Below are positions 25,980 through 40,669 of a DNA stretch of 64,000 nucleotides, one piece after another. Position 1 is the first letter of the stretch, and each line of letters begins with the position of its first letter. This DNA comes from Octopus bimaculoides (Eukaryota). A model generated the notes under the pieces. It was not told where the DNA came from, made no database searches, and saw only the letters and a program-made list of their open reading frames with translations. The translations under genes were made by a program, and so were the position numbers. The stretch spans positions 42,376,000-42,439,999 of the forward strand of contig NC_068988.1 of NCBI RefSeq assembly GCF_001194135.2, in the 5' to 3' direction.

Positions 25980-26410
25980 GAAGGTGACATGTTGAGAGAA
26001 TAGTTACTAGACAAAATGCTTATGGCATGTCTTCCAACTTTACTTTAGGAGTTCAGATTCTGCCAAGGTTGACTTTGCCTTTCATCTCTTCAATTGAGCA
26101 TTGGGCTCAGTGTAATCAATTAACCCCTTCTCACAAAATTTCAAGCCTCATGCCTATTACAGAAAGAATTATTACTGTTATTATTATTTCTCTTTAAGGC
26201 AACAAGCTGGCAAAATTGTTAGCACATTGGATGAAATTCTTAGTGTCTTGCCCATTGCTATGTTCTGAGTTCAAATTCTGCCAAGGTCAACTTTGCCTTT
26301 CATCCTTTCAGTGTCGATAAATTGAGTACCAGTGAAACACTGGGGTTGATGTAATCGAATAGTCCCTTCCCTCCCAATTTCAGGCCTTGTGCCTTTAGTA
26401 GAAAGGATTA
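25737..26410 (+). mobile_element. Head-to-tail array of three SINE family A copies
   Basis: Three cores, each preceded by (TTA)n. Confidence 0.8.
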
Positions 26411-26522
26411 TTATTTCTCTTTGTCAAGTCCTCCATTGTAATTTTGAAATAAAAGAAATTATTACAGCTACTAATGTTATGATTATCAATATTATCATTA
26501 TTGTTATTGCTGTCTCATTTAG

Positions 26523-26702
26523 GCTTTGCTAACTGTAGTGACATCAAACAACTGTGAGATCCATGAAGGAACTGTTCTACAAGCAGTACGTACCTGTTAC
26601 AACATCTACTTGGCCAGCAAGAACCTAGTCAACCAGACAACAGCCAAGGCCACGCTCACTCAGATGCTTAATGTTATCTTCTCCAGAATGGAATCCCAAG
26701 CT
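26523..26702 (+). CDS. ARFGEF1: BIG1/2 exon, end of DCB: [60 protein letters not shown]
   Basis: TTTAG acceptor, GCT|GTGAGT donor, 180 nt, phase 0/0, near-identical to the BIG1 consensus. Confidence 0.97.
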
Positions 26703-28399
26703 GTGAGTTTCTTTGTCTTTCCACATCTTGTATCCATGAATTGTGACAGTTATTGATGCTTGTGTAAATGTATTGAGTGTTATCCTTCACCCCAGTAAAA
26801 AACTGAGCCACATTGAATTCTCTCTTGTTGATTGATGATGAAATAACTGTAGTGGCATGTGAATCCGTGACTTATGGTTTTCTTCCTCATACACCTAATC
26901 ATTTTGCTTTATCCATGTGTGTGTATATGTATGCATGTATATGTGTCGGTGTATGATTTTGATGTAATGATATTTGTTTGCATCTATTGTATGTGTGTTT
27001 GTGTAATTCCTTCAAAGAAAGACTCTTGCATGAATCATTAGATTCCACCTTTCCTTACAACATGAACTTATTAGATATCTTACCAAACTTCTGTGTATCT
27101 TCAGGCCAACCAGAGCCTTGTGAGCCAATTTAGTAGATGGAAACTGAAAGAAACCCACTGTATATGAACATATATAAATATATATTTGTCTTCAGAATTT
27201 AAAATATGTCACAAATATATTTTAACTAACCTAAAGTTTGCTCATGTCTAAACTCTGCTTGGTGCTGATACTGTTGTAATTTTTACCACCCTAACGGTCT
27301 AATGGCGCAACTCAGTCAATGTGGACTGTGTTTTAGTCAAAACCATGACTCTAATAAGTCTGTCCAGAGTTGCCTCTCTTCAGTATTTCCCATTCATAAT
27401 GCCTAAAGGGCTAGAAATGCATCTAGGAATCCTACAGGAGCCAACACTGGACAGATATGGAATTTTTTTCCTTGGTAACTGCAGTGAATTTGCCTTTAGA
27501 GGTTGAAATATGTCACAAACATTTTAACTAACCTAAAGTTTGCTCATGCTTGAACTGGTTGACCTTGATACTGCTGTAATGCACACACATACACACACAC
27601 GTGTGTGTGTTTGTGTTTCCTTGTCTTGACATTGCATAATAATTGTAAAATGGTTGTCATTGTCATACAAGTAGCGTCATTCATTTCCAATATTCTACAA
27701 GAATATGTCTAGGCTTCGAGGAAATTTTCCTTGCTTAAACACAGGTGAGGAATGGTGATAGGAAGGATATCCAGCTGTAGGAAATCTGCCTCAATAAACT
27801 CCATGAAAAAGTGAACACCCAAATGATGATGATATGCATATATGGTACAAATTACGATTAAGGCATGACCATCATTTGTTCCCTGCGTATGTTTCACCAT
27901 TGTGGTTATTTGCCTCCTCAGCAGTGAATGATTTCTCTTTGCAGTTGGATGTTGGACCTCAATAGTTCTTAGGGGAGATATGTGTAGCATAATGCAATAA
28001 AGTGTTTCACTGATAAGTTGTGGTTCAGTATCCAATTATACATGAGACATCCACTTCAGAGATGCAAGTAACCACAGCATGAAGCATGCATAGGGAGAAA
28101 AAAATTATATTAACTGCATTTTGGGTTTATCATGATTTTCCCTATGTTTGCTCTGTATATTGTAACTACTAACTATAATATAACAATACTACTAACTATA
28201 ATACTAACCACATTACTATACTGAAAGTAGACTGGGTGATGATATTCTACATGGAGCCCTAAACTCACCAGTAGTAGTTATACATTTAATGGCACATGCG
28301 ACATACTATATAGAAAATCTGCCTCTATAAACTCTCTCCGACATTTGCAAGCATGGAAAAGGAAAGGTGTTGTTTAAATAATGGTGGTGACACATGGCA

Positions 28400-28772
28400 A
28401 GCTAAGTAAAATACTGTATGCAAGGACAACCACAATTTTACTTTGCTTGACATATGTGCTTGAGAAGTCATGTCAAGTTAAGTAAAGTTGTGGTTGTCAT
28501 TGCATACAGGCTTGTCCCTTGCATCCCTTTCCAGCTGAGCGTTCTGAATCATGCAGGCTCATGGGTGTTTGTGCCACATAAATGCACCTATGCCAGTGCT
28601 GTGTAAAAACACCCTGTACACTCTGTAAAGTGATTGGTGTTAGGAAGGGTATCCAGCTGTAGAGACCATGCCAAAACAGATATGGAGCTCAGGCAACTCT
28701 TCAGTTGGCCAGCTCCTGTCAAATTGCCCAACACATGCCAGCATGGAAAACGGACATTAAATGATGATGATT
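28400..28772 (+). mobile_element. RTE-type LINE 3' UTR fragment
   Basis: TTAGGAAGGGTATCCAGCTGTAGA...CATGCCAGCATGGAAAACGGACATTAAATGATGATG. Confidence 0.7.
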
Positions 28773-30194
28773 ATATATATGTTAGTGGTTTAGCTGCTGA
28801 GTTAAATGATTGTTAGTTCAAAACTTAGTACTGTAATGTTGTCAAAGAACAAGGCACCTAATTCTGCTTTCTTTAGTTTGTGTAATTGGATAGAAATGGG
28901 TTTTGCAACTACCTCTCTAGCTTAACGATTAGTCATAAGGATGATCCAACAGTAAAAACAATTTACCTGACAAAAAGAAAAACATGAGAGAAAAAAACAT
29001 CTCACCCAGTAATACACACATGTATACAGACATGGACACACTATCATTTATATGCATATAATATTTGGAAGTTTGTTTGGAAGTTAATGTTGGAGAGTAA
29101 TATATATTTTTTTATTTGAAGATGAAACAATCTGTAACTTTAGTGAGTTAGAATACATACACATAGACACGTGTATGCACACACACACACAAACACACAT
29201 GTACTATCTGTACTTGCATATATATGACTATTTTAACATATAGAATCAGTCAACAAATGTTTGCTGTAATAAACTTACCTGACATAACACATACATGCCC
29301 TCTCTTTCTCTCGTGCGCACGCACACAGACATAAAAAGCACATGTAATAGACATAGAAACATAAAAAAGGAAAAAAATTATATACAAATTGAAAATTCAG
29401 AGAATGAACTTGAAAAAAGAGATCGTGCAGGTATTGTTAGTTAATTGGTGGTGGCAGTAGTGGTAGTGGCAGTAGGGTAAAGGAAGTAAAGAAATAAACT
29501 AATGAACTTTGTTCCTTTTTGTCTTCCTTTTTCTCTTCTCTATATAACATGAAATGACACAGTTTAGCTGTATTGAATTTAGGCTAAAACCTTTTAAATG
29601 AATCGTAGCACTTGTTGTACAATCAGAAGAGATAGTTTGACATATTGAAGTATTCTTAAACTGCCAGCTGAGTTTAGAAATGCTACTTCACATTTTTGTT
29701 CACATTCAGTCAATAGAAGAACAAACTTGTGCTTTTCACCATTTTTACTTTTTATTTATTAGTTTTTTTCAGGCTTGGTTATAAGATAATTAATTAGATG
29801 TTAGTTGTGTTAGAAACATGGCATTTAGGAAATCAAAATTTAACCTTTGATGCTGAAATAGGGCTAATTAAAAAAAAAAAAACGACAAAATAAAATGTTG
29901 AAACATCATAAGAATTTATAAACTTTGAGAAAACATGAAATAATTCTGTTTTTGGAATGGTGAAACTTGAAGCAGGTAAAGTTATAAATCATAGATTTTA
30001 AGCTTTTAGCTTTTACTTGTTTCAGTCATTAGACTGCAGCCATGTTGGCACACTACCTTGAAGAAGTTTAGTCAAGTGAATTGACTCCGGTACTTATTTA
30101 TTTATTTTTTTAAGCTTAGTGCCTATCCTATTGGTTTCTTTTTGCCCAGTTACTAAATTATGGGAATGTAAACTCACCAACACCAATTGTAAAG

Positions 30195-30392
30195 CAGTAG
30201 TGGAGGATAAACACAGATACAAAGATGCACACAGGCTTCTTTCAGTTTCCATCTATCAAATCCATTCACAAGGCTTTGGTCAGCCTGAGGTTATAGTCAA
30301 AGACACTTGCTCAAGGTGTCACACAGTGGGACTGAACCTAGAACCATGTGGTTGGGAAGCAAACTTCTTACCATACAGCCACACCTGCACCT
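30195..30392 (-). mobile_element. SINE family B copy
   Basis: Reverse complement of the family B head and body. Confidence 0.7.
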
Positions 30393-32633
30393 ATAGTGTG
30401 TAAATATTAGGTTAAAAATCCTTTTGGATAGTAAAAGTTGAATGCTATTATTTATAGCTTTATTTGCTTCAAGTTTCACCATTCCATAATGTTATGGTTT
30501 GTGTCATAGGTAGATGGGTAGTGTCCATGATTTTATGCATGGGGTCTGAGACTGGTAGGAAGAGGAGGAGTTATTTTCAGCCCAGAAACCTACCTTGAAT
30601 GCTTGCAACAACAGAATGGACTCCACTAAGGACCAAGTGTCAGTGTTAAAGCAGGCGATGGATTAAGTCTACTACACTGGGACAGGTACAGTTTAAGGGC
30701 TTTCCATACTGCTTCTGTTCTCCCGTTTTCACTCAGAATATCTTCTACAATGCTCCAGGGTATTGTAGAAGACATTGATTCAGGGTACCACATAGTAGGG
30801 TTAAGCTGAGAACAACACACTGCAAAGTGAATTTGACAATGTAGTCATGCCTGCTGTTATTGTATATGTATAGCAACTCTGATCCAGCTCTGACCGTCTT
30901 CCCTTTTTTCAGACAGTGTATCTAGGCCTGCAGGGAGTCCATTATATGTTTGTGTGAGAATATTGATATTCCACATTTGTCCCCATTTAAGTGAGATGGT
31001 GATGATGTTAACATTTTTTTGTTGATATTATGATCAGTTGCTCTGCAGTGTCAGATATCTCCATTAATAAAACAAAAAAATATAAGCAGCTACTTGAAAA
31101 ATAGTCAAGGGTTAGCAACAGGAAAAGCACCCAGCTGTTAAATCCTGTCTCATGTATGTCTCCATCTAAATTCTTGCTTGCTTGCTTGGGTAAAAATAAA
31201 ACAAAAGCCAATATTGAATGAATAAATAGATACTATGTAAATTAAAAATCTTAATCATAATAACATACATGGAATGTTTGTTTTAAGTATAAATCACCTT
31301 GATAGCAAACAACCAAGAAAATTGTATTGAGTTTCTCATGAGAAAAGGAACAATATTATCCACAGAAATCTCAGCAAGTAAATCTTTTTTGTTGTACATC
31401 AACATAAAAATTTTGAGTATTTCGTTTGATTGCCTGGAGTGTAACAGGAGTTTTAGTATTCTTAATGAATACTCGTTTGCAACTAACTTAAGTGAATAAC
31501 TAACTAGCTTAAAAGATATTTATAAGCTAAGAACAAATTTTAAGGAAACAACAAATCAGACATTTCTTACATGTTCCAAGCATGAAACAGGACTGGAATT
31601 TATATTGAATTTGAAGTATGAGCAGTTGTGATTCTAAGGGTCTGTTTGTTGTAAGTTCACCATTCAAAGTTTTTGGAAAGTGGTCAAAGTTTAGGATAAA
31701 AAGACTGCTTTTAGTTAAGATCTTGTCCAAACCTAAACTGTAGATGTTTGTCAAGGTTTCTGGTGACAACTCATCTCCTTTGGATTCTTTGAAACAGCCT
31801 GGATTAAAACATATTGTCTTGTCCTCTTTTACAGTTTCACAGCAGTTAGAAATACTTGTAGTGAAAGCTCAAAGAGATATTTCTACCATGTAATGATCCA
31901 CTAACCATCAATACTTACATCATTATTCAGTTCACCTGACATTTGTTACCTCCCTGATGTTGTAATTTTTGTGAATTCGCATTTTATTACAATATCACTT
32001 TCTACATCTGATTTAATTACTTCATCGAAATGTCTTGTTTTAAAACCTCTTTCACATTTTCTACCACTTCTTACCATTCATCATCCTCTCATCTCAATCA
32101 TTCTGTATACTGTCACACACTTGTTCTCTCCTCACCCATCCTAGTTCTTTCACTGCTGTTTTTGTCTATTCAGCTCCTAATTACATAGCAGCTGAGTGAA
32201 TGAACATGTTATAGAGCAGCAAGGACTCTTTAATCACACAAGGTATAAGGCGTTCCTGTTTGTGTTGGTACCACTGTAACAGGAGGACATCGGGTTTAAG
32301 CTGGCTTCTGATTTTAGATTGGCCAATAAAGTATTCTGGTTGCCCATCTGCCAACTTTGTAACAAAATAATAAATTCCTGGCCCATCATTGCTGTGTCTT
32401 GAGTACTATCCATTTGTGTAGAATTTTGTCAATTCCATTAGTGATGTTTGGCTTCATAATGATTTAGTTGGCTGTTAGTATATGCATTAGCATAGCTACT
32501 TAATAGGCTGTTTACTGTTGTTTTGGGTAGCATCAATACCAATTTTCCATATCCTTTGGATTTTCTTTTCAATTGGGTTCTTTTCCCAGCCTTTACAAAC
32601 TACGACTTAGCATATACGGCAAAGTGATGGGAG

Positions 32634-32636
<3 letters not shown>

Positions 32637-32673
<37 letters not shown>
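32637..32673. repeat. (GA)n microsatellite
   Basis: Direct reading. Confidence 0.95.
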
Positions 32674-32676
<3 letters not shown>

Positions 32677-33106
32677 TTTCAGTGACATGATAGCTGTTAG
32701 TAAGGAGATTGTACATGACCATGAAGGTGATTGAACTAGAGTGAGGGGAGAGAAACAGAATGATCAGATTAAGAGAGTAATAGAGTAATGGAAGACAGTT
32801 AGTGAGTGATAGTTATTTGATGATTATGGGACAGGATATTGAGTGGAAGTTGTATGAGTGAGGGAGAAATAAGTGCAAATATAAATATCCAAACTTCATG
32901 GGTACATTCAGTGTCTGCATATTTGGCTCAGAATTTGCTGGGGTTAAAAAGAGAATAACAGTAAAGAGACAAGATGATAAAAGAGGGAGTAATGGGGAAA
33001 AAGAGTGTGTGTGTGTGTCAATAAGAAGTGATAGAGGAGAGTGAATGGTGGATAGCAATAAAGGTAGGTGATACTAAGATATTTGTATATGTATATTGTT
33101 TGCCAG

Positions 33107-33172
33107 GATCAAGAGAAACAGAAAGATAAGCAAGTCCAGAAAACAGAAAGGAAAAGTGAATCTGATTTGGAG
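33107..33172 (+). CDS. ARFGEF1: Duplicated 66-nt linker exon, copy 1: DQEKQKDKQVQKTERKSESDLE
   Basis: TTGTTTGCCAG acceptor, GAG|GTGAGT donor, phase 0/0, open frame, paralogous to three downstream copies. Confidence 0.8.
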
Positions 33173-33759
33173 GTGAGTGTCATGTTTAGGACAGTTGACC
33201 TACTGGAAGGTACTGATTTAATTTAGGATCCCTGCCATTTATAGAAGTATCCTGTCAGGACCACGGCTGTCATACAGGGAAGAAATCTAGCATGATTCTA
33301 ATGTAGTCAAAGATTGTTCATTGAGAAAATAATCTATTTTTATTGAATATTTAATTTTAAATGCTTCAACTCTCTTTTTTTGTTTTGGTTTTTGCACTTG
33401 CTGGGTCTGGAGGAAGTGGCAATGCATATGGACTTTGCAGGCCCTCTTGGACTAGTGAGATTGATGCTATGAATGTTCCTCATGAGCCATTTTAAATTAA
33501 CAGTTGCATGAATGATAATGAGCAGGGTGGGAATTCCTGAGGGCTGATGTTTTGGGAAGGGAGGAATGTGCATCATGAATAGTGTGAGACCGGACTGTTG
33601 GACACTACAAGGATAATGAGCTAAAGAGAGATGAGTAGAATGCTTGAATTGAAGTGACAAGAACCTAATCAACTTTGAGAAGCAAGGGCCATTATCGTAT
33701 CAATAGGATACGAAAAAGCACAGAAGTGATAGAACACCTGTGATCAGGTGGATAAAGCA

Positions 33760-34044
33760 TATCTGTGAGTGGATTTTCCAGGACAAGGCTCATTTTCTAG
33801 GCTGTAGTTTCCAGCTCGGAATTTCTGGAACCACTGTTGATACTGGTTTATGTTTATTGTCCTATCCCTACATTCTGCATTAATATTCCTCACACTTTCC
33901 ATTGTGTTGTTGCCTTTATTGAATTCATCAAGCAAAATATGCTGAATATGCACCTTTGTCACTTCCATTATAGCTTTGAAAAAACAACTGTTAAAATTGA
34001 ACTGCACTTTTCAAAACTTGCACTAAAAATAAGGACAAGGTGTA
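33760..34044 (-). mobile_element. mariner transposon 5' fragment (HTH region)
   Basis: Minus ORF from ATG 33968: MEVTKVHIQHILLDEFNKGNNTMESVRNINAECRDRTININQYQQWFQKFRAGNYSLENEPCPGK, matching the mariner HTH/WFxxF/DEPRxGRP pattern; a probable 5' terminus near TA 34043. Confidence 0.85.
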
Positions 34045-34544
34045 ATTACTACCTGCTTTTATTGCAAGTTGATGCAGGTAGTTTATCCTGTCCCCCTCCG
34101 ACTTGAAGTTCATACAATTGAAAACACTGCATTATTTATGGGATGATCCAATACATGTTATTCTATCAGCCACTTACTACTATATGTAGCTCTCATTTTC
34201 TCATGTACTAGAATGTAGTTGACCTTATTAGCTTCCATGACAGCTATAAATCATTGAGTAGCTTCTTTATAGCTTGAAACTGTTTAATTCAACAACTGGA
34301 CAGATTATATATTACATTACTTATGAAAATATGACCATAATTTGCATGTTTTATTATAGTGATTGGCCTGCCTTACCTATATTTTTATTCTTTTTGCTTA
34401 TTTTTGAATTAGTGTATACAATTTAAATTTTATACACTCTATAAAGTAACTTAAACGTTGCAGCTTGCTTTACAGAACCAGACTGAAATAAATTTTAGTT
34501 TAATTATCATAGAACAACAATTAAATCATGAAGAAATAATAATA

Positions 34545-34675
34545 ATCATCATCATCATCATCATTTAACGTCTGCTTTCCATGCTGGCATGGGTTGGATG
34601 GTTTGTCTAAGGACTGGAGAGCCAGGAGGCTGCACCAAGCCGGGAGGCTGCACCAGCTGGGAGGCTGCACCAATA
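34545..34675 (-). mobile_element. RTE-type 3' end with a short internal tandem (GGAGGCTGCACC x3)
   Basis: (ATC)n + TTTAACGTCTGCTTTCCATGCTGGCATGGGTTGG. Confidence 0.7.
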
Positions 34676-35511
34676 TATTCAAATTTCACTTGGGCAATGA
34701 AATACACAAATAATACACACAGATACAGACACATATGGCTTGACTATTTGACAACTACCAGCATGGATTACATCATTCAGGCCTTCTATCAGATTGCAGA
34801 ATGATCTAGTTGAGAAGCCACCAATAAAATATACATTATGTACAAAAACAGAGGGTACATAATTCACACTATATGAATATATGGTGTTTTTACTGCTAAC
34901 TACTGTACATATCTTTCATTTTTTGATACTAGCATGTAACTAACCTCAAAGATTTAAATTACTGTATTAAGCTACTTGAATAAGTAACTTCTTTCTAGCT
35001 TCAAATTCAACAACTAGACAGAATATTTAATATTGGATTATTCATGAAATTAGAAGCATAACTTGTACATATTTCTTCTATTATCAGCTTGCCTTCCCAT
35101 GTAGTTTAGTTCTTGTTTGTTATTTCTTAAAATGTTGCTTAATTTCGAATTAAGTGAAATAGAATTTAAAATTTAATGTTATGTGTTGCAGTTTGAATTA
35201 CAGGTTCTAAAACTGATCTAAAACGAATTTAAATTTAATTATCGCATAACAACAATAAATAATCAGCTACAATAAAACATGAAATATAATTAAAAATGAT
35301 GAAGCAGTAAGAAAGATTGAGAAATCTTTTTTTTTTAAGCAGACATATCTACATATGCCGTCAAATATTCTATCATCAAAAAAAAGAGGCTCAACTTAAG
35401 GCTCACCAGGAGATTTCCTAGTATCCTAGTGGACCAGCTCAACATTGGTATGTCGTTATCTATGTGTATTTGTATGTCTGTGGGTATATATATACATATA
35501 TAGATATATAA

Positions 35512-35562
<51 letters not shown>

Positions 35563-36830
35563 TGTGTGTGTGTATGTATACATACATATGTGTTTTAGTG
35601 TGTGATGATCATAATATGTCTGCTTTTGCATGCTGGCATAGGTTGGATGCCATTCCACTCTGAGTCAGTTCTTATTTTGTATCTATAGCCTATTTGACTT
35701 ATAGACTACACAATTTGTATGTTGAATATTTTTGTCATAATTTTTACAGCTGGACACCCTTCCTTTGACCAACCACCTTATTGAGTGTCCTTGATGCATT
35801 TTATATCACTAGTACCAGAGATGTTTTCGTTTTTTGCTTCTGGCAGCTAAAGATTTCTCTCAATTGAATGTTGTCTCCAATTTATTTATCAGCAGTAGAA
35901 AGATAGCTTTGCCCCTCAGCAAGACTAAAGATTGTTACCTTATCCCTGCATTGTCCCTGTTTATTCCTTTCTTTCCTGCACTATCCAGTGCAAGAGAGTG
36001 AAAGGAATGAGAGGATGTGTGATAGCTACATGATGGTTATTGGCAAGGGTATTGAATAAAAGCAACATAACCATGAGTGTGACATGAGAGAAAAAGAATC
36101 TAATGGAAAAGGACCAGAGTGGTAAGAGTGAGAGTAATGCAAGAGATGAATTGGCAGAGTTGTTAGAATTACAGTGTTTCTTATAACTGAACTTAAGTCA
36201 CACCAAGGTGAACTTTGCTTCTCATCTCCATAAAAAAACAAAAAGTAAAAGCCCAAGTCTGTTGATCAATTGAATTGTTAGATTGTTAGGCACAGTGTTT
36301 TGAAGTCTGTTCTGACAGCAATGCTTATGATTTCATTGATATCTAAATGTATTGGTTCATGTTGGCAGTTTCTCTTTTAGATAAGCATTAATAATGTGGA
36401 GAGGAGAGACTGGTGTCCAAAGGCAACTGATAGTTTCTTTGCAAAATCTTGCCTGAAGGCTTTGCATACATGTGCAAATGCATGATGGAAGATATATATA
36501 ATAGAAAAGCGAATGAGAATGTGATACACAGCCTTATGACTGTTGTTGGTTATGAAACTGATGAATACAAAATAGCAAGAAGTGAGATTTAACTGCAAAT
36601 ACTTAACATCCAATCCTCTTGGGCACACCTCAACAATTATGTCTGGTTTGGAATTTACTAAGGTGGCATGATGATGGAAGAGAGATTAATAGGAGAGACA
36701 CAAAAGGGTTGGTTGAGAGAGTGATGGTTGTCAATAATGAGCGTTAGAGAAGAGTAATGTGTGAGAATTAAGGAAAGCAACAATGATAGTAGAGGGTAAG
36801 ATATATTTATATGTGTATATTGTTTGCCAG

Positions 36831-36896
36831 GATCAAGAGAAACAGAAAGACAAACAAGTTCAGAAAGCAGAAAAGAAAAGTGAATCTGATTTGGAG
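36831..36896 (+). CDS. ARFGEF1: Duplicated 66-nt linker exon, copy 2: DQEKQKDKQVQKAEKKSESDLE
   Basis: Same acceptor and donor as copy 1; 5 of 66 nt differ (3 synonymous). Confidence 0.8.
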
Positions 36897-37919
36897 GTGA
36901 GTGTCATGTTTAGGACAGTTGACCTGTAGGAAAGTTTTGGCTTCATTTAAGGTTACTAAGTAGTAACCTGTTGGAACCACTGTTATAGGACTTGCAAGAT
37001 CTCAAGCATATTCAGGTGACAATTTTGGACATCATTGCTCATCTGCAGGCACTGTCTTCTCAAGTAAAAGTAAACTGCGGAAAAATTGTTTATTGGAAAA
37101 ATAAACTGTTTTATTGAATTTTCAAAGTTTAAACACTTCAGCCACCCTCATATTTGTATAGTTAATGAAAGGATTGTTTACATCATTCAAATATATATGT
37201 AATATATTCAAATCCTTCTCCTCATGCACATGGGCAGTGAAATACACAGATAACCATAAGACACACCTGGTTACTGTCAGGTGGCAACTATCCATTACAC
37301 TATTCAGGTTCTTCCACTAAGTGTTTGTACAGTGTTTGACATTAAGAAACTGTGCAATAATACAATATACATACATGATTCAAATAGTGTATGTGAAACT
37401 GTAGCCACCACTAACTATGCATATCGCTCACTTTCTGGCATTAGCATGTCACTGTTATTATAGGCTTATATGAACAAGAACAGTACTATACATTAGGCAA
37501 TGTAATCAAACACTTGTAGTAGTAAAATTGGTGGTTTCACAAATAACTTATTCAAAATTTCTTAATCCAATTAAAGACTCATAAACTGAGTAATATAGAG
37601 AGCAATTGAGGTCACTCCTAGAATGAAGAAGGATGATGGATATACATGAAAAGGTTGGGCGTGAGTTTTTGTATGGTGTTATGTCCTGTCACATAATTTG
37701 ATGTGAAATATTTCAAATTTTGCCTGGTAACAGTGATATGCATGATCATAAAACTATGGCTTTCTTGTTTGCAAGCTAATTATACTTTCCAACCGCATTT
37801 TCCAGTTTGTGTAATGATTGTTTGAGGTTCTTGTGTGTAAAAATATGGAAAAGGAGGGTTTCATTGCAGGGCTGGAAGAAGTGCATGCATTTTCGATAAC
37901 TGGGGTGAAGCAGCACACA

Positions 37920-38170
37920 TGTTCAGGCTAGCCTAGTAGCTATGCTGGTATAGGTTGGACAATTTGACTGAAGACTGGCGAACCAGATGGCTGCACCAGG
38001 CTCCAATCTGATCTGGCAGATGCCCTTCCTAATGCCAACCACTCTGAGAGTGTAGTGGGTGCCTTTACGTGCCACCAGCACGAGGGCCAGTCAGGTGGTA
38101 CTGGCAAAGGCCACACTCAAATGGTGTTTTTTACATGCCACCTGCACAGGAGCCAGTCCAGCGGCACTAG
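37920..38170 (-). mobile_element. RTE-type 3' UTR fragment
   Basis: GGCTGCACCAGGCTCCAATCTGATCTGGCAGATGCCCTTCCTAATGCCAACC. Confidence 0.65.
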
Positions 38171-39507
38171 AAAAGCTTTATAGTTTATAGTTTTAAACTG
38201 TTAAATTCAACAAACTAGACAGATTATATTTTATTATTCAAGAAAATATTCTAATTTATCTATTTTTTACTGTAGTAATTAATCTGGCTGTCTTGTATTT
38301 TTGTTCCAATGTATTTCTTAATGTTGCTTATTTTTAAATTATTTAAAATTTAATATGTTCTATTAGATAACTTAAATGTGGCAGCTTACTTTACAGAACT
38401 GAAATTCCAATTGAAACTAGTTTAAATTTGATAATTGTATAACACTAAGCAACCACAAAAAAAATATGATAATTGAAAATTGTGAGGCAGTAAGAAGTGA
38501 ACATATTTACCAATAAATAGTCTACCATTAAAAGAAGGCTCAACTTAAAGAGGCTCACTAAGCAATTTCCCAGTATTTTGATGTACCAGTTTGGTACTGG
38601 TATATAGTTATCAACTTGTATTTGTTTGTAGATATATATACATGTGTGTGTGTGTTTATATATAAATAAATAATAGCTATGTGTATGTAAAAACAGCTAT
38701 ATATGTATCTCATTTTATGCCAGTTTTTACATGCTGGCATGGGTTGGTTGGCATTACAGTTCAAGTCAGTTGTTATTTCAAGTTACTAATTTGCTGGATT
38801 AATCAAAGACTACATTTTTTGTATGTTAAATTTTTTGGACTAATTTCTGAAGCTTTTTGCTTTTCCTATGGTCAACTACCTTATTGTATGTCCTTGGTGA
38901 ATTTATTATGATACAAGCTCTAGAAAGGTTGTCTTGTCCTGGAAAGATTAAAGAGTTCTCTCTACATAATGTTTATTAACATCAGAGTCAGCTCTTTCCT
39001 GTATTGTCTCTGCTTATTCTTCTCTTTCCTGCATGAGTAGATGAGACTGAATCTAGAGCTAGAGGGTAATAGAATACAGTGAATGAGTAACAGCTTTATG
39101 ATGGTTGTTGGTAAGGATATTGAATAGAAGCATCATTGTTGTGAGGGTGATAAGAAGAAAGGATAATGGAAGAGAATCAAAATGGTGTGAGTGAGAGTAT
39201 TAGAAAAAAGAATGAAAGAATGATAGTTAACCTCTTCATGGTTTTTGGTCAGAAAATTAGCTACAAACAACTCAAAAGAATGAGTTTTAAATGTAACTAT
39301 TTAACATCCTATCTTCTTACGTACATCTACAATTGTATGTTTGGTATACAATTAGATAAGGTGGTAGAAGAAAAGTGACAGTCATCAGAGAGAGAGAGAG
39401 AGAGTGAGTGGTGGTTGTCAGTAATGAGTGATAGAGGAAAAAGTCATTTCAGAGTGTTGGATAGTAATAAAGGTAGATGATAGTAAGATATGTATATTAT
39501 TTACTAG

Positions 39508-39573
39508 GCTCAAGAGAAACAGAAAAATAAACAAATCTTGAAAACAGAAAAGAAAAGTGAATCTGATTCAGAA
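39508..39573 (+). CDS. ARFGEF1: Duplicated 66-nt linker exon, copy 3: AQEKQKNKQILKTEKKSESDSE
   Basis: ATTTACTAG acceptor and GAA|GTGAGT donor (both weaker), open frame; 6 of 66 nt differ from copy 4. Confidence 0.7.
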
Positions 39574-40669
39574 GTGAGTGTCATGTTTAGGACAGTTGAC
39601 TTATAGGAAACTGCTGGTTTTAGGATCACTATTCTTTATAAAGAAGTAACCTGATAGAACAACTATCATAGAGAGGTCATCTTGTAAAATACATCTGATA
39701 AGGTCAGAGGACATTTTTGAACTTCTCTCATTTTTCGTGGTGTCTCTTGCGTGTATAGTGCTCAGGTACATTACTAAGTGTCAGAAAAGGTTAAAAAAGG
39801 GACAGAAAGGATACATGAAGTCAAGAAGGCATCAATGAAGGGTAGATGTTCACAGTACACAGAATAAAAGACAAAAAGATAAAAAAGGAACATAAAGAGG
39901 AAAGCATGCATAGGTATATCAAGAATGATGTTGAATTTCCAGAAGCATTGAGTTTTGAAGGATGAAGTGTACTGAGAGCTGGTAACTGACATGAACTATT
40001 TCACTCCATGTGTCAACAATTCTGAGTGCTCATGGGTGCTGCTCTGTTTTTTGTTTTGTTCAAATTTTTTAAAGTATATTCACAAATTGTGAAGGTATTG
40101 AATTCAAAATGGTAGCCAAAATTGTTTATTGAAAAAAAATGAACTATTTTTATTGAATTTTAAATTTTAAAAACACCTGCTTGAATTTATATTTAATGAA
40201 AGAATCAGTTAAAATATTTGAATATATATACATATATATATTCAAATTCTACTTCTATCATGCACTTAGGCAATGGAATAATAAACAGACATACATGGTT
40301 TGGTTTGTAGGTGACAGCTAAGAAGTTTGACCCTGTTTCCACCAAGACTTTGTAGTATGTTCCACATTGAATAACTACTAATTAAATATACAAGATGTGC
40401 AAAAACACAGCAGATATGATTCAGCCAGTGTGTGTTTGGCTTAGCATTTGGTGAGGTGGCATGAGAAAAGAGAAAGGGAGAGAGTAAGAGACAGGAGGGT
40501 TGGTAGAGAGAGTGATGGTTGTCAATAAGTGTTAGAGGAGAAAGGGCAATGTGAATGAGTGAGATGGATGCTGATAATGAGAGAGTAAGAGAGAAATGGG
40601 AGAAAATGATGAATAACAATATAGATAGATGATAGTAAGATATATATATGCATGTATATTGTTTGCCAG

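Noticed and set aside
29401-29430. Possible 30-nt phase-0 microexon RMNLKKEIVQ (TTCAG...CAG|GTATTG)
   Set aside because: The upstream region is A-rich with no pyrimidine tract, and there is no similarity to BIG proteins.
31430-31800. Possible Penelope-like RT remnant (FPKTLNGELTTNRPLES, resembling LPKIHK...RPIVS)
   Set aside because: Only a few residues match; cannot be supported without a profile search.
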